From the IMG/VR virus record IMGVR_UViG_3300043419_002586: a stretch of DNA of 64,000 nt, one strand, 5' to 3'. Every line of letters begins with the position of its first letter. Positions within the stretch are counted from its first letter, which is position 1. Of the stretch, positions 19,907 to 29,154 are shown one piece after another. A model generated the notes under the pieces. That model saw only the letters and a list, made by a program, of their open reading frames with translations. It was not told the DNA's origin and searched no databases. The position numbers and the translations under genes are program-made. Source of the DNA: a virus.

Positions 19907-22425
19907 TGGCAAGGAATCTTAAAGTTAAGAATGTTGTTGAAGCATCGAACTTGACAGATACAGTTCTTGAGAAGAATTTTGTTGATCTTATTGATGAACG
20001 ATTTACTAACTATGCTTTTGCAGTTATGGAAGATCGTGCATTACCTGATGCTCGTGATGGCCTAAAGCCATCACAGCGTCGAACCCTTGTTGCTATGGAT
20101 GATCTGAAACTCCGTGCATCAGGTAAAACCAAAAAGTGTGCAAAGATTTGTGGTGATGTTTCTGGAAATTATCACCCACACGGAGAAGCTGTAGTTTATC
20201 CTACTCTTGTTCGTATGGCGCAATCTTGGTCATTGCGTTACCCACTTATCACACCTCAGGGAAACTTTGGTTCTCCTGCACCTGAAGATAAGCCAGCTGC
20301 AATGCGTTATACCGAGGCAAAACTCTCTTCATTTGGAGATTTGATGGTAAATGAATTATCTGACCAGGTAGTTCGTTATCAATCAAACTATAACGATGAA
20401 ATGATGGAGCCTACTGTTCTTCCATCACTCTTTCCTAACTTGATTGTTAATGGATGTAGTGGAATTGCAGTTGGTTGGGCAACAAATATGGCGCCTCACA
20501 ATCTACGTGAAGTTGCAAAGTTGGTTGATGCTTATATCAAGAATCCAGACATCACAATTGATGAAGCTTTGCAGATTGTCCCTGGTCCTGACTTTCCAAT
20601 ACGTTGCAAGGTTTTAGGTTTGGACGGCATTCGTTCATATTTCACAAATGGACGTGGAACTGTTCAACTTGAAGGCTATTACGATATTGTTCAAGAGCGC
20701 AATCAGGAAATTATCAAGGTAAGTGAATTGCCTTATGGTAGTAGTGCTGAAAGCTTTTGTCGTGAAATCAAAGACCTTGTTGAAAGTAAGAAAATTGAAG
20801 GTATCACTGGCCTTAAGAACCTTACAAGCAAAAAGGGTATGGATGTTCGTATATGGCTTCACAAGAGTGCAAGTTCTCAAGTTGTTCTTAATCAACTTCT
20901 CAAGCGTACATCTCTTAGAACAAGTTTCTCTGTCAATTCCACTGTTCTTATGGATGGTAAGAAGGTTGTTGAAAACGTATCTATTCTTCAATTAGTTAAG
21001 GCATTTGTAGATCATCGTAAAGAAGTTCTTACAAATAAATTTACAGCTGAACACGCAAAGAATAGCTCACGTATCCATATTCTTGAGGGTCTTCTTGGTA
21101 TCACAGACAAAATTGATGCAGTTATCAAGCTTGTTCGTAATGCTGACAACAAAGAAGAAGCAGCTAAAGAACTTATTGCACAAAAGTTTGTTTCATCACA
21201 AGAACAGGCTGATGCAGTATTAAGAATTACTCTTGGCAACCTCACTAAGCTTGACACTCGTGCATTACAAGATGAGTTTGACAAATTGACCAAGCGTAAT
21301 GAATGGTTGGCTGCTCAATTAGCTTCAGAAAAGAAAATGCTTGGTCTCATTTCAAAAGAACAGCTTGAACTTGCCGAAAAGTTTGGTGATGATCGACGTT
21401 CTGAAATTCTTGCCCTTGAAGATGAAATTTCTTACGAAGATTTGATCAAGGAAGAAGAAATCATTGTTTCTCTGACAAAAGATGGATATATCAAGCGTGT
21501 TCCTCTTGATACATTCAGGACCCAAAACCGTGGTGGTAAGGGTGTAATTGGAGTCAAGGGACGTGAAGAAGATGAAGCTTCTGATATCTTCAGCGGAACA
21601 ACTCACGACCTTTTCTTGTTCTTTACAAATCAAGGTAATTTGTTGAAGAAGAAGGGTTATGAAATTCCACTTGCTTCTCGTACTTCAAAAGGAACGCATC
21701 TTAATAATCTATTGAATTTGACTGAAGGTGAGACTGTTTCTTCAACAATTACACTTAAGTCTTTGGATGTTGATGGCTTCTTTATTATGGTCACTAACAA
21801 GGGATTGATCAAGCGTTCTGAAATCCGTGAATACAATACCAGCTTGCGTAAACGTGGATTGAAAGCTATTTCTCTAACTGAAGGTGACATTTTGAACTTT
21901 GTTATGACCACTGATGGAAACAAGGATGTAATGCTTGTAACATCTATGGGTATGGCTGTTCGATATAATGAAACTTTGGTTCGTTGTATTGGTAAAAATG
22001 GTCAAGGCAGTCGTTCAATGCTTCTTTCACCAGATGATAGTATTGCTGCTATGCTTGCAATTGATTCGGAAGCAGATCCATCTATCTTGGTAATTACAGA
22101 ATCGGGTAAGGGTAAGAAAACTTCAGCATCAGAATATCGCTCTACTGCTGGACGTTCTGTAAAGGGTCAGAGAACTATCAATCATCATAAGCGTGAGATT
22201 ACAGGAAAAATTGTTTCTGCTCTTGCGTTGAATGATAGTGATGACATCTTAGTTCTTACAAACAAGGGTAAAATGATGCGTTGTAATTTGGATAGTCTAA
22301 GAAACAAATCCAAGGCAACTCAAGCCACTACCATTGTTGCTTTAGATGACAATGATTCCGTACAAACTGCAGTGGTTGTTCCATATGTAGGCGAATCAGA
22401 GTCAGAAGAAGAATTTACAGAATAA
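19906..22425 (+). CDS. gyrA: DNA gyrase subunit A
   Basis: RALPDARDGLKP, YHPHG, catalytic AAMRYTE, GIAVG, GyrA-box QNRGGKG, C-terminal beta-pinwheel repeats, acidic tail. Confidence 0.97.
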   Translation: MARNLKVKNVVEASNLTDTVLEKNFVDLIDERFTNYAFAVMEDRALPDARDGLKPSQRRTLVAMDDLKLRASGKTKKCAKICGDVSGNYHPHGEAVVYPTLVRMAQSWSLRYPLITPQGNFGSPAPEDKPAAMRYTEAKLSSFGDLMVNELSDQVVRYQSNYNDEMMEPTVLPSLFPNLIVNGCSGIAVGWATNMAPHNLREVAKLVDAYIKNPDITIDEALQIVPGPDFPIRCKVLGLDGIRSYFTNGRGTVQLEGYYDIVQERNQEIIKVSELPYGSSAESFCREIKDLVESKKIEGITGLKNLTSKKGMDVRIWLHKSASSQVVLNQLLKRTSLRTSFSVNSTVLMDGKKVVENVSILQLVKAFVDHRKEVLTNKFTAEHAKNSSRIHILEGLLGITDKIDAVIKLVRNADNKEEAAKELIAQKFVSSQEQADAVLRITLGNLTKLDTRALQDEFDKLTKRNEWLAAQLASEKKMLGLISKEQLELAEKFGDDRRSEILALEDEISYEDLIKEEEIIVSLTKDGYIKRVPLDTFRTQNRGGKGVIGVKGREEDEASDIFSGTTHDLFLFFTNQGNLLKKKGYEIPLASRTSKGTHLNNLLNLTEGETVSSTITLKSLDVDGFFIMVTNKGLIKRSEIREYNTSLRKRGLKAISLTEGDILNFVMTTDGNKDVMLVTSMGMAVRYNETLVRCIGKNGQGSRSMLLSPDDSIAAMLAIDSEADPSILVITESGKGKKTSASEYRSTAGRSVKGQRTINHHKREITGKIVSALALNDSDDILVLTNKGKMMRCNLDSLRNKSKATQATTIVALDDNDSVQTAVVVPYVGESESEEEFTE

Positions 22426-22437
22426 TAGGTGTAAATT

Positions 22438-22824
22438 ATGGCTAACGCATTGTTTGATAGTGGAAGAGATGGATTCCTTAATGGTGAATTTAATTGGTCA
22501 GCAGATAATTTTAAAGTTATTTTGCTTTCTAATCAATACACTGTTGACCTAATCAATCATACTACTACAGCAAACGTTGGCGGAACAGTAGCTATATCAG
22601 GAGTTATGACAACCATAACTCCTGGTAAAGGTGTAGCAGATGCAAATGATTTAACAATCTCAGGGGTTGCAGGCACTACAGTTACTCAGTATGTAATTTT
22701 TCACGATTCTTCAAAAAGATTAATTGCTTATTTTGATACTTCTTCAAATTTACCAGTAATTCCGAATGGTGGAAATATTACTCTTCAATGGAGTAATACA
22801 TCAGATAGAATTTTCAAGCTCTAG
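22438..22824 (+). CDS. Small virion (minor tail-type) protein
   Basis: MANALF..G..FLNG..NW..D.FKVILL and LPVIPNGGNITLQW...IFKL pattern of common phage virion proteins; AGGTG RBS. Confidence 0.6.
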   Translation: MANALFDSGRDGFLNGEFNWSADNFKVILLSNQYTVDLINHTTTANVGGTVAISGVMTTITPGKGVADANDLTISGVAGTTVTQYVIFHDSSKRLIAYFDTSSNLPVIPNGGNITLQWSNTSDRIFKL

Positions 22825-22843
22825 ATTTTCTAGAGCTTTTTTT
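22816..22843 (+). terminator. Intrinsic terminator
   Basis: AAGCTCTAGA-ttt-TCTAGAGCTT followed by TTTTT. Confidence 0.8.
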
Positions 22844-22886
22844 GTAGGTAAAAGTTGTTGTCGAATAGGATTTCTTAATTTATATC

Positions 22887-23708
22887 ATGAACAACGCAAC
22901 TATAAAATCCTGGATAAACAGAGCTTACGTATTTGAAGAAAGTCACATCAATGCTTTCGTAGCATCTTCAACAGGTGGCACTGGTGGAACTGGTGGAACC
23001 GGAGGGACAGGTGGTACTGGAGGCACAGGAGGCACTGGTTCTGGAACAGGTTCAACCGTACTTTATTTTTCTGTTCCTAATTCATCATCTTATCCAGGTA
23101 CAGGATTTACCATTTTTGACTTAAGTGGCTATGGCAATAATGGATACCTTTACAATGGCACTAATTATGTAAATAGTGGCAATGCTGATTATTTATTTTT
23201 TGACGGTACTAACAATTATGTAGGTATTAATACAACTGTTACTTCAAATACAAATGATGTTAACATTACCACTTGGGTTAATTCTTCTATTGTTTCACAG
23301 TCAGGTCAGATGATTGTTTATGTAGGAAGTGAACAAAACCTTAATGGGTATGGAATTTCTATAAATAAAGAATATGTAACATCTGGCAACGTATATATAA
23401 GATATGGAAATGTAAGATGGTACAACTCTGGAATTGCATTATCATCAAATAGTTGGCATCATTTATCTCTCAATATTAAAAGTGACACATCAAATGACTT
23501 ATATGTAAATGGTGTATTAAGATATTCTGGCCCAGTTTCTGCAATTTACACTCCTACATTGCATACAGAAATTGGAAGAAGTGATTTTACTACTTATGCT
23601 TATCCAAGATATCTTAATGGAAAAGTTTCTGAAGTAATAATTTCAAGCGGAATCTTAACTACTAGTCAAATTTTGTCACATTACAACGCAACTAAAAATA
23701 ATTACTAA
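22887..23708 (+). CDS. LamG/concanavalin-A-like lectin domain virion protein with a (TGG)n linker
   Basis: SYPGTG..IFDLSGYGNNGYL, FFDGTNNYV, ITTWVN, WHHL, LYVNG, EIG, LNGKVSEV, QILSHYNA. Confidence 0.85.
   Translation: MNNATIKSWINRAYVFEESHINAFVASSTGGTGGTGGTGGTGGTGGTGGTGSGTGSTVLYFSVPNSSSYPGTGFTIFDLSGYGNNGYLYNGTNYVNSGNADYLFFDGTNNYVGINTTVTSNTNDVNITTWVNSSIVSQSGQMIVYVGSEQNLNGYGISINKEYVTSGNVYIRYGNVRWYNSGIALSSNSWHHLSLNIKSDTSNDLYVNGVLRYSGPVSAIYTPTLHTEIGRSDFTTYAYPRYLNGKVSEVIISSGILTTSQILSHYNATKNNY
22971..23039 (+). repeat. Thr-Gly-Gly tripeptide repeat (7-8 copies) with varied codons
   Basis: acaggtggc actggtgga actggtgga accggaggg acaggtggt actggaggc acaggaggc actggt. Confidence 0.9.
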
Positions 23709-23721
23709 ATGGAATATTGAT

Positions 23722-24039
23722 ATGCTAAACAATGAATATTTATCAGGCACAACACTTAAAATATATGCTCATCTTAAAAATGAAAGTGGTAGCGGAATTT
23801 CTGCAGACAATTTGACATTTTACATTACAGAGCCTGGTGGAATTGGATACACTTATTACTATGGAATTGGCTCTGGAAGTGGTAATTCCGAGCCTGTGCA
23901 ATCAACTGACACTTTGGGTATTTATTACAAACAATGGACACCTTCAAGAATTGGAACCTATAAATATTCTTGGAAAGCATCTGGAACTATTAACTCTACT
24001 TATAAGAGTTTTTTCGAAGTAAAAGATTACAGGTGGTAA
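23722..24039 (+). CDS. Small Ig-like virion protein
   Basis: GIYYKQWTPSRIGTYKYSWKASG beta-sandwich pattern. Confidence 0.55.
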   Translation: MLNNEYLSGTTLKIYAHLKNESGSGISADNLTFYITEPGGIGYTYYYGIGSGSGNSEPVQSTDTLGIYYKQWTPSRIGTYKYSWKASGTINSTYKSFFEVKDYRW

Positions 24040-24990
24040 ATGGCTTTTCCAGGCATACTTTCAAGAGGTGAATTTTCAACTGGCCTTAATACAAAAAGCA
24101 TTTGTGTTAATGGTGATTATCTTATTGTTGAAGAATGTAATATAAATCAAACACAAGATCACAGCCTCAATAATTACATCCAAGGTGGTCCAGCTTATGC
24201 AATTTACAATCTTGGAGCAAAAAAATATGAAGGTTCAATATCCTTTCCATTAAGAGTTGACCAAGATGGTAATTTGGAATCTGCTGCAATTACACTTTTA
24301 AGATATGCAGCAAAACCAATGTCTGCTTTGAGAATTGATACTCATCACTTACTATCGATGAGAACTACAACAGTTTTAAATCCAGGAACAGACGATAATA
24401 AAAATTTATCATTAGATTCTGTCGTAATAAGCAACTTAACTTTATCTTGTAGTGAAAATAATAAAGTTATGGTGAGAATTGACTTAACTGGTATGGTTGA
24501 TATAGAAAGTGAATCTGTATTTAATTTTAGTACGGATTTTATTTTAGGAAGAGCTTTAACTTGGGCTGACTGTAATGCAAGTAGAAAAGAATCTTCTATG
24601 AGAACGACATCAAGTTTAGAAGTTAATATTGTAAATGAATTAGTGACACCAGTTTTTTTGATGCCTTATCTTTCATATCCTGGAGCTGGAGTAACTGAAT
24701 CTAATGATCAAATAGAACTTATTGGAATTCAATCTACCAAATGGAGCGGAAATGTCTCTGAAGTTATTAGAAACGGTGCAGACTTACACACTTTTATACA
24801 CGGAGGATTGATGCACGATTCAAATTTAATTCTTCAGTTTGGCCCAGTAACAGCAACATTTCCAAATCCAGTTTTCAAAATTGGTCAAACTCCTTTGACT
24901 TCTCAAATAATAAGGAGAACTACTGAATGGGCTGGAATAAATAAACCTGATGCTTCTATGAACGACAATGGCTTATTCACTTTTGTTTAA
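24040..24990 (+). CDS. Tail-tube-like protein (paralogue of 25080..26102)
   Basis: LIVEECNINQ..IQGGP..IYNLG..YEGSISFPL aligns with YIVESASRSV..MQGSP..IMDIG..ETISIQAPI. Confidence 0.5.
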   Translation: MAFPGILSRGEFSTGLNTKSICVNGDYLIVEECNINQTQDHSLNNYIQGGPAYAIYNLGAKKYEGSISFPLRVDQDGNLESAAITLLRYAAKPMSALRIDTHHLLSMRTTTVLNPGTDDNKNLSLDSVVISNLTLSCSENNKVMVRIDLTGMVDIESESVFNFSTDFILGRALTWADCNASRKESSMRTTSSLEVNIVNELVTPVFLMPYLSYPGAGVTESNDQIELIGIQSTKWSGNVSEVIRNGADLHTFIHGGLMHDSNLILQFGPVTATFPNPVFKIGQTPLTSQIIRRTTEWAGINKPDASMNDNGLFTFV

Positions 24991-24992
24991 AA

Positions 24993-25018
24993 AGGTAAGC
25001 ATCAATAAAACAAAGAAT
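24993..25018 (+). promoter_or_regulatory. Putative late promoter AGG-N19-GAAT
   Basis: AGG TAAGCATCAATAAAACAAA GAAT ATTTT; the 56305-56330 site shares the CAAAGAATATTTT core. Confidence 0.55.
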
Positions 25019-25079
25019 ATTTTGAATAACCTAAAAAAACAAAAGAAGTAAATAAATCTTTTGAAAGTGAGTTGATAAA

Positions 25080-26102
25080 ATGCCTATTAATAATGATATT
25101 CTTGGTATTTACAAATCAGTGTTTATCACAGTTGCTGGTGGAACTGCTAGATCATACATTGTTGAAAGTGCCAGTAGATCGGTTACAATTGATGCACAAC
25201 CTAAAGTATTGATGCAAGGAAGTCCAAAGACTAGAATTATGGACATCGGTGGAGTTACTGAAACAATTTCTATTCAGGCTCCTATTTTGATTGGTGGTGG
25301 TGCTGCAGCGGACGGTAGAGCTATTGCCACACAAAAAATCAATGAAATTCTTGATCCTACATCTGCTACTTTACCAATCCTCAAGTCAGCTTCATTTAGC
25401 ATCAATGAAGGTGGAGGATCTGTTTCTCTTACATTAGAGAGTGATGGTGATTCTGGTCTTGGTACCTCTGCGTTCTATGTAGTTAACTCCAATACACCTC
25501 ACCCAACATTAAACCCTGTTGGCACTGGTGGTTCTGGTACTACAGCTTTTGGTCCAACTAGAGTTGCACGTTTTTACGACTTTAGAGCTCAAATCGGTGA
25601 TAGAAAATTCTTCATCCAAGAAGCAAATGTTGATGTAAACGTCGAAACTCAAAAGACCTATTTCATCAACCCTTATGACTTTGTAGATCCAGGTGCTGGT
25701 TACCAATTAACTGGTAACGGTGGTACTTCTTTACCATCAGTTCTTTCTGGAAACGGTATTTCTTACAAGTATGGTACTCAATTCCCACACATCGGTGTTA
25801 ATGGTTTAACCATCTCTGGTAAGGGCAAGGGAGCTGTTGTTGTAGGTTCAACATATGCATCTGAAACAACTGCTGGTGTAACTACTCAATCCGCAGGTAC
25901 AACTGTTCTTGCAAGTGCTGGTAGTGTAACATTCGCTCTTGAAATTGCACAACAAGCTGGTTTCAATATGGCAGCTTCACCATCTTGGACAAGTTTGATT
26001 CCTGGTATTGGTTTATCAAAGGCAATTATCAATGCTACCAACTTCTCAGTAAGCACTGGTATCTTGACTGTTGACTTTGACTTTATGTGCTACGTTGTCT
26101 AA
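25080..26102 (+). CDS. Putative major tail (tube) protein
   Basis: Beta-rich G/T/S/A composition, strongly biased codons (GGT, ACT, GCT) suggesting high expression, own promoter-like site. Confidence 0.5.
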   Translation: MPINNDILGIYKSVFITVAGGTARSYIVESASRSVTIDAQPKVLMQGSPKTRIMDIGGVTETISIQAPILIGGGAAADGRAIATQKINEILDPTSATLPILKSASFSINEGGGSVSLTLESDGDSGLGTSAFYVVNSNTPHPTLNPVGTGGSGTTAFGPTRVARFYDFRAQIGDRKFFIQEANVDVNVETQKTYFINPYDFVDPGAGYQLTGNGGTSLPSVLSGNGISYKYGTQFPHIGVNGLTISGKGKGAVVVGSTYASETTAGVTTQSAGTTVLASAGSVTFALEIAQQAGFNMAASPSWTSLIPGIGLSKAIINATNFSVSTGILTVDFDFMCYVV

Positions 26103-26107
26103 TTAGA

Positions 26108-26599
26108 TTAGTCTTCGTCGAACATAAAATTTTCATAATCCCAGTCTTCATCTAAAGGTTCCATATTATCCCAAACATTAGCAACTATATTCAAGTTGGT
26201 TTGGGATAATATGGACAAGATGATTCCATCACATAAAGATAAAATTAAGTAAAAATTATTTAAATTCTTATCAATAAATTTTACTGATGTATAAATTACA
26301 TCACCAACTTTATTTTCAATCTCAACACTCTCGACATCAGATTTGTATACATCTAAAAGCTTTATAAATGCTTGATGTATAGTTTGAATATGAGAATTTT
26401 TATGATAATCTTTAGCTACAAAAGTTAGCATTCCAGATTCATAAGAATTAATTTCACAAGCTGATTTTTTATCCCCATCACTAAGTACGACAAAAGATCG
26501 GCCTTCAGGGTTCACAACTACACTTTCAACTAGGATAGGTATTAGCTCATAACGATCACTGTTATCGAGAGAATGCCTATCTATTTTTTTATCACTCAT
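26108..26599 (-). CDS. Bifunctional nuclease (DUF151/BFN)-like protein (likely start MSDKK at 26599)
   Basis: FVVL..EI..YES..., TIHQ..LL..VESVEI..GDVIY..., LCDGIILS pattern; ATGA overlap with the upstream gene. Confidence 0.65.
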   Translation of the reverse strand: MSDKKIDRHSLDNSDRYELIPILVESVVVNPEGRSFVVLSDGDKKSACEINSYESGMLTFVAKDYHKNSHIQTIHQAFIKLLDVYKSDVESVEIENKVGDVIYTSVKFIDKNLNNFYLILSLCDGIILSILSQTNLNIVANVWDNMEPLDEDWDYENFMFDED

Positions 26600-26988
26600 T
26601 TTTTGATTCCACACTTATTACAATGACTGCATAATTTGTCATTGATAAAAGAAGATAAAGCCATCAATACACCGCCTGATATCATGAGAATATTAAATAT
26701 ATCAAAATGAATTTTATGATCCTCGGAATGATTGTGCATTAATCTGCCTAAAACAAAACTAAATATACCAAATGCCAGAATTGCCACTGCTTTATTAGAC
26801 TTGTGTTGTCTATATCCAAAACAAATATTTGTAATGTTAAATAAAAGAGAAACACCTAATAATAAGAATTCGAATGTTTCATTAATAAATAAATAAACTC
26901 CGGCAGTGGGAATTAATATCATTAATAAAGGCAAGATTGTACAATGAATTGCACAAATTAAAGAAGCCCATACACCTACTTTTTTCAT
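26596..26988 (-). CDS. MerC-family membrane protein
   Basis: GVWASLICAIHCTILPLL, GYRQHK, four TM helices, His-rich loop, C-terminal CxHCxxC. Confidence 0.85.
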   Translation of the reverse strand: MKKVGVWASLICAIHCTILPLLMILIPTAGVYLFINETFEFLLLGVSLLFNITNICFGYRQHKSNKAVAILAFGIFSFVLGRLMHNHSEDHKIHFDIFNILMISGGVLMALSSFINDKLCSHCNKCGIKK

Positions 26989-28676
26989 TTGATTTTTTCT
27001 TTTGCAATTTGGTGGATTAATAAAGATTTTTCCTTGATAGTATCTTTTGCAGATTCAAGAAGGCTTGACAAAAGTTCCAAATTTTGTGACTTTCCATCTT
27101 CTTCTATTGAATTCTTCAGATCTTTCAAGTCAATGATATCTTCACTTTCTAGCACATTTGTTCTAAGTAATTCTTCAATTTGAATTTCGCAATCATAAAG
27201 AAGATCGTGCATATTTGTAATCTTTCTAAAATATTCATCTTCTTCTTTGTATTTTTGTGCATCATTAATAATCTTTGAAATTTCTTCATTTGATAACGAT
27301 GCTTGACCAGTAATCTCAATATCTTTTTTAACTCCAGTGTCTAAATCTTGAGCCTTGACTGAAAGTATACCATTAGCATCAATTTCAAATGCAACTTCAA
27401 TCTTTGGCAATCCTCTTGGCTTTTTATCTATACCATCAAGCTTAAATTCACCAAGACATAGATTATCAACTGTTTTTGGTCTCTCACCTTGAAAGATTTT
27501 TACATCTACAGAAATTTGATTGTCATATGCAGTTGTAAAGATTTCCTTAACAACTGCTGGTACTTGAGTATTTCTAGGTATTTGAACACTCATAATTCCA
27601 CCTTGAGTTTCCACACCTAGTGAAAGTGGACAAACATCCAAAAGAAACACTTCTCTGCTTGATTTTCCTGTCAAAACTGATGCTTGAATTGCAGCTCCTA
27701 TAGAAACGGCTTCATCAGGATTAATTGACTTATTTGGTTTTTTTCCGAACTTTTCTTCAATGACTTTTTCAATCATTGGTATTCTAGTGCTTCCGCCTAC
27801 AAAAACTACTTCATCTATTTTGTCAGTTTTTACGTTTGCGTCTCTTAAAGCATCATTAACACAGGTCATTGTTTTGTCAATATATGACTTGATAGAATCT
27901 TCAAATTCTTCACGGGTAATTTTTGTTGGACTTTTACCAACCATGACATTAGCCACTGTCATATGAGAAAGCATCTTTTTTGCCTTCTCTGATATATTTC
28001 TCAATTCAGCTTGATCTAATGTGTTAGGAACTTTATTGCAAATTATTTCACTAATTGCAGTATCAAAATCTACACCACCAAGAGAAGTATTTCCTGATGT
28101 AGATTGAACGTGAAAATCTATACCATCCATAAGTTTGAGCAACGTTACATCAAATGTTCCGCCACCTAAATCATAAACAAGAATAGTTGCATCATTCTTC
28201 TTATCTAAACCATATGCCAAAGATGCAGCGGTAGGTTCGTTTATAATACGTAAAACTTTAAGGCCAGCTAATTCTCCAGCTGTTTTTGTTGATTGTCTTT
28301 GATCATTGTTGAAGTATGCGGGTACCGTAATTACAGCTTCAGTAACTTCAGAACCCAAATGTCTTTCAGCACAATTTTTAAGATATTTCAAAATATAAGA
28401 TGAAATTTCTTCTGGGCTGTATGATTTATCTCCAATGATAAATCTTTTATTGGTTCCCATATGTCTCTTAACGACACGTATTGTATGAGAAAAGGGCAAA
28501 TGCTGCTCCATGTCAACAGCATATTGCCCTACATATACTTCATCTCCAAATGACACAACACTTGGAGTAATTCTTTCGCCTAAATCATTTGGAATAACTT
28601 CTGCTTGATCGTTCTCATTAACATAAGAAACAACACTAAATGTACTCCCTAAATCAATTCCAATAGCATAACTCAT
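26985..28676 (-). CDS. dnaK: Hsp70/DnaK chaperone (divergent)
   Basis: IGIDLGST, TPSVV, TVPAYFN, IINEPTAA, YDLGGGTFDV, LGGVDFD, VGGSTRIP, NPDEAV, LLDVCPLSLG, PKIEVAFEIDANGIL. Confidence 0.95.
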   Translation of the reverse strand: MSYAIGIDLGSTFSVVSYVNENDQAEVIPNDLGERITPSVVSFGDEVYVGQYAVDMEQHLPFSHTIRVVKRHMGTNKRFIIGDKSYSPEEISSYILKYLKNCAERHLGSEVTEAVITVPAYFNNDQRQSTKTAGELAGLKVLRIINEPTAASLAYGLDKKNDATILVYDLGGGTFDVTLLKLMDGIDFHVQSTSGNTSLGGVDFDTAISEIICNKVPNTLDQAELRNISEKAKKMLSHMTVANVMVGKSPTKITREEFEDSIKSYIDKTMTCVNDALRDANVKTDKIDEVVFVGGSTRIPMIEKVIEEKFGKKPNKSINPDEAVSIGAAIQASVLTGKSSREVFLLDVCPLSLGVETQGGIMSVQIPRNTQVPAVVKEIFTTAYDNQISVDVKIFQGERPKTVDNLCLGEFKLDGIDKKPRGLPKIEVAFEIDANGILSVKAQDLDTGVKKDIEITGQASLSNEEISKIINDAQKYKEEDEYFRKITNMHDLLYDCEIQIEELLRTNVLESEDIIDLKDLKNSIEEDGKSQNLELLSSLLESAKDTIKEKSLLIHQIAKEKIK

Positions 28677-28691
28677 AAGAATAATTGTACA

Positions 28692-29045
28692 TTATTCTGA
28701 GTCATCTGGTAAAACAGTACCTCCAGGCACATAACCTTCCATTAATTCTTTTAGAGAATCTTTATTCTCAAGTTTTTTCTTAAAGTCCAATGTTTCTTTT
28801 TTTGTTATTGGCCCATTAGGAGATAATTTACTCTCGTCTTTTGGCAAATTTGATCTATAATCGTGAGCCATAGACATAAGTTGTGTGACTGCAAATGTGT
28901 CTTTGCATTTTGGGCATCTCATAACTGCATACACTTCAACTTCTGATTTAGGAAGCCACCCAAGATGAGAAGCTTTGGTAAATTGAGCTTTGCAATTACG
29001 ATTCAGACAACATTTAGGTTTGCCGACGATGGTTTGATGAAACAT
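28692..29045 (-). CDS. Zn-ribbon protein (likely start MFHQ at 29045)
   Basis: CCLNRNC...RCPKCKD; GGAGGT RBS before ATG 29045. Confidence 0.7.
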   Translation of the reverse strand: MFHQTIVGKPKCCLNRNCKAQFTKASHLGWLPKSEVEVYAVMRCPKCKDTFAVTQLMSMAHDYRSNLPKDESKLSPNGPITKKETLDFKKKLENKDSLKELMEGYVPGGTVLPDDSE

Positions 29046-29154
29046 AGCACACCTCCAATGCGCAATAAGCAATTTATTATTCCTTGCAAAGCATACCCTA
29101 ACTTTTATTAAGAAACCTTAATAGGACTTATTCTTGTCTATAGTGTATACTATT

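Noticed and set aside
18051-21923. Many short alternative-frame and antisense ORFs within gyrBA (and within other long genes)
   Set aside because: Shadow ORFs expected from codon bias; no RBS or recognisable motifs
22846-22871. AGG...GAAT promoter upstream of the LamG gene (and upstream of 29045)
   Set aside because: AGG-to-GAAT spacing is 14 nt rather than 19-20, so these were not counted as motif instances
26596-26988. Mercury-resistance operon
   Set aside because: No merA, merR, merT or merP nearby; only a lone MerC-family gene
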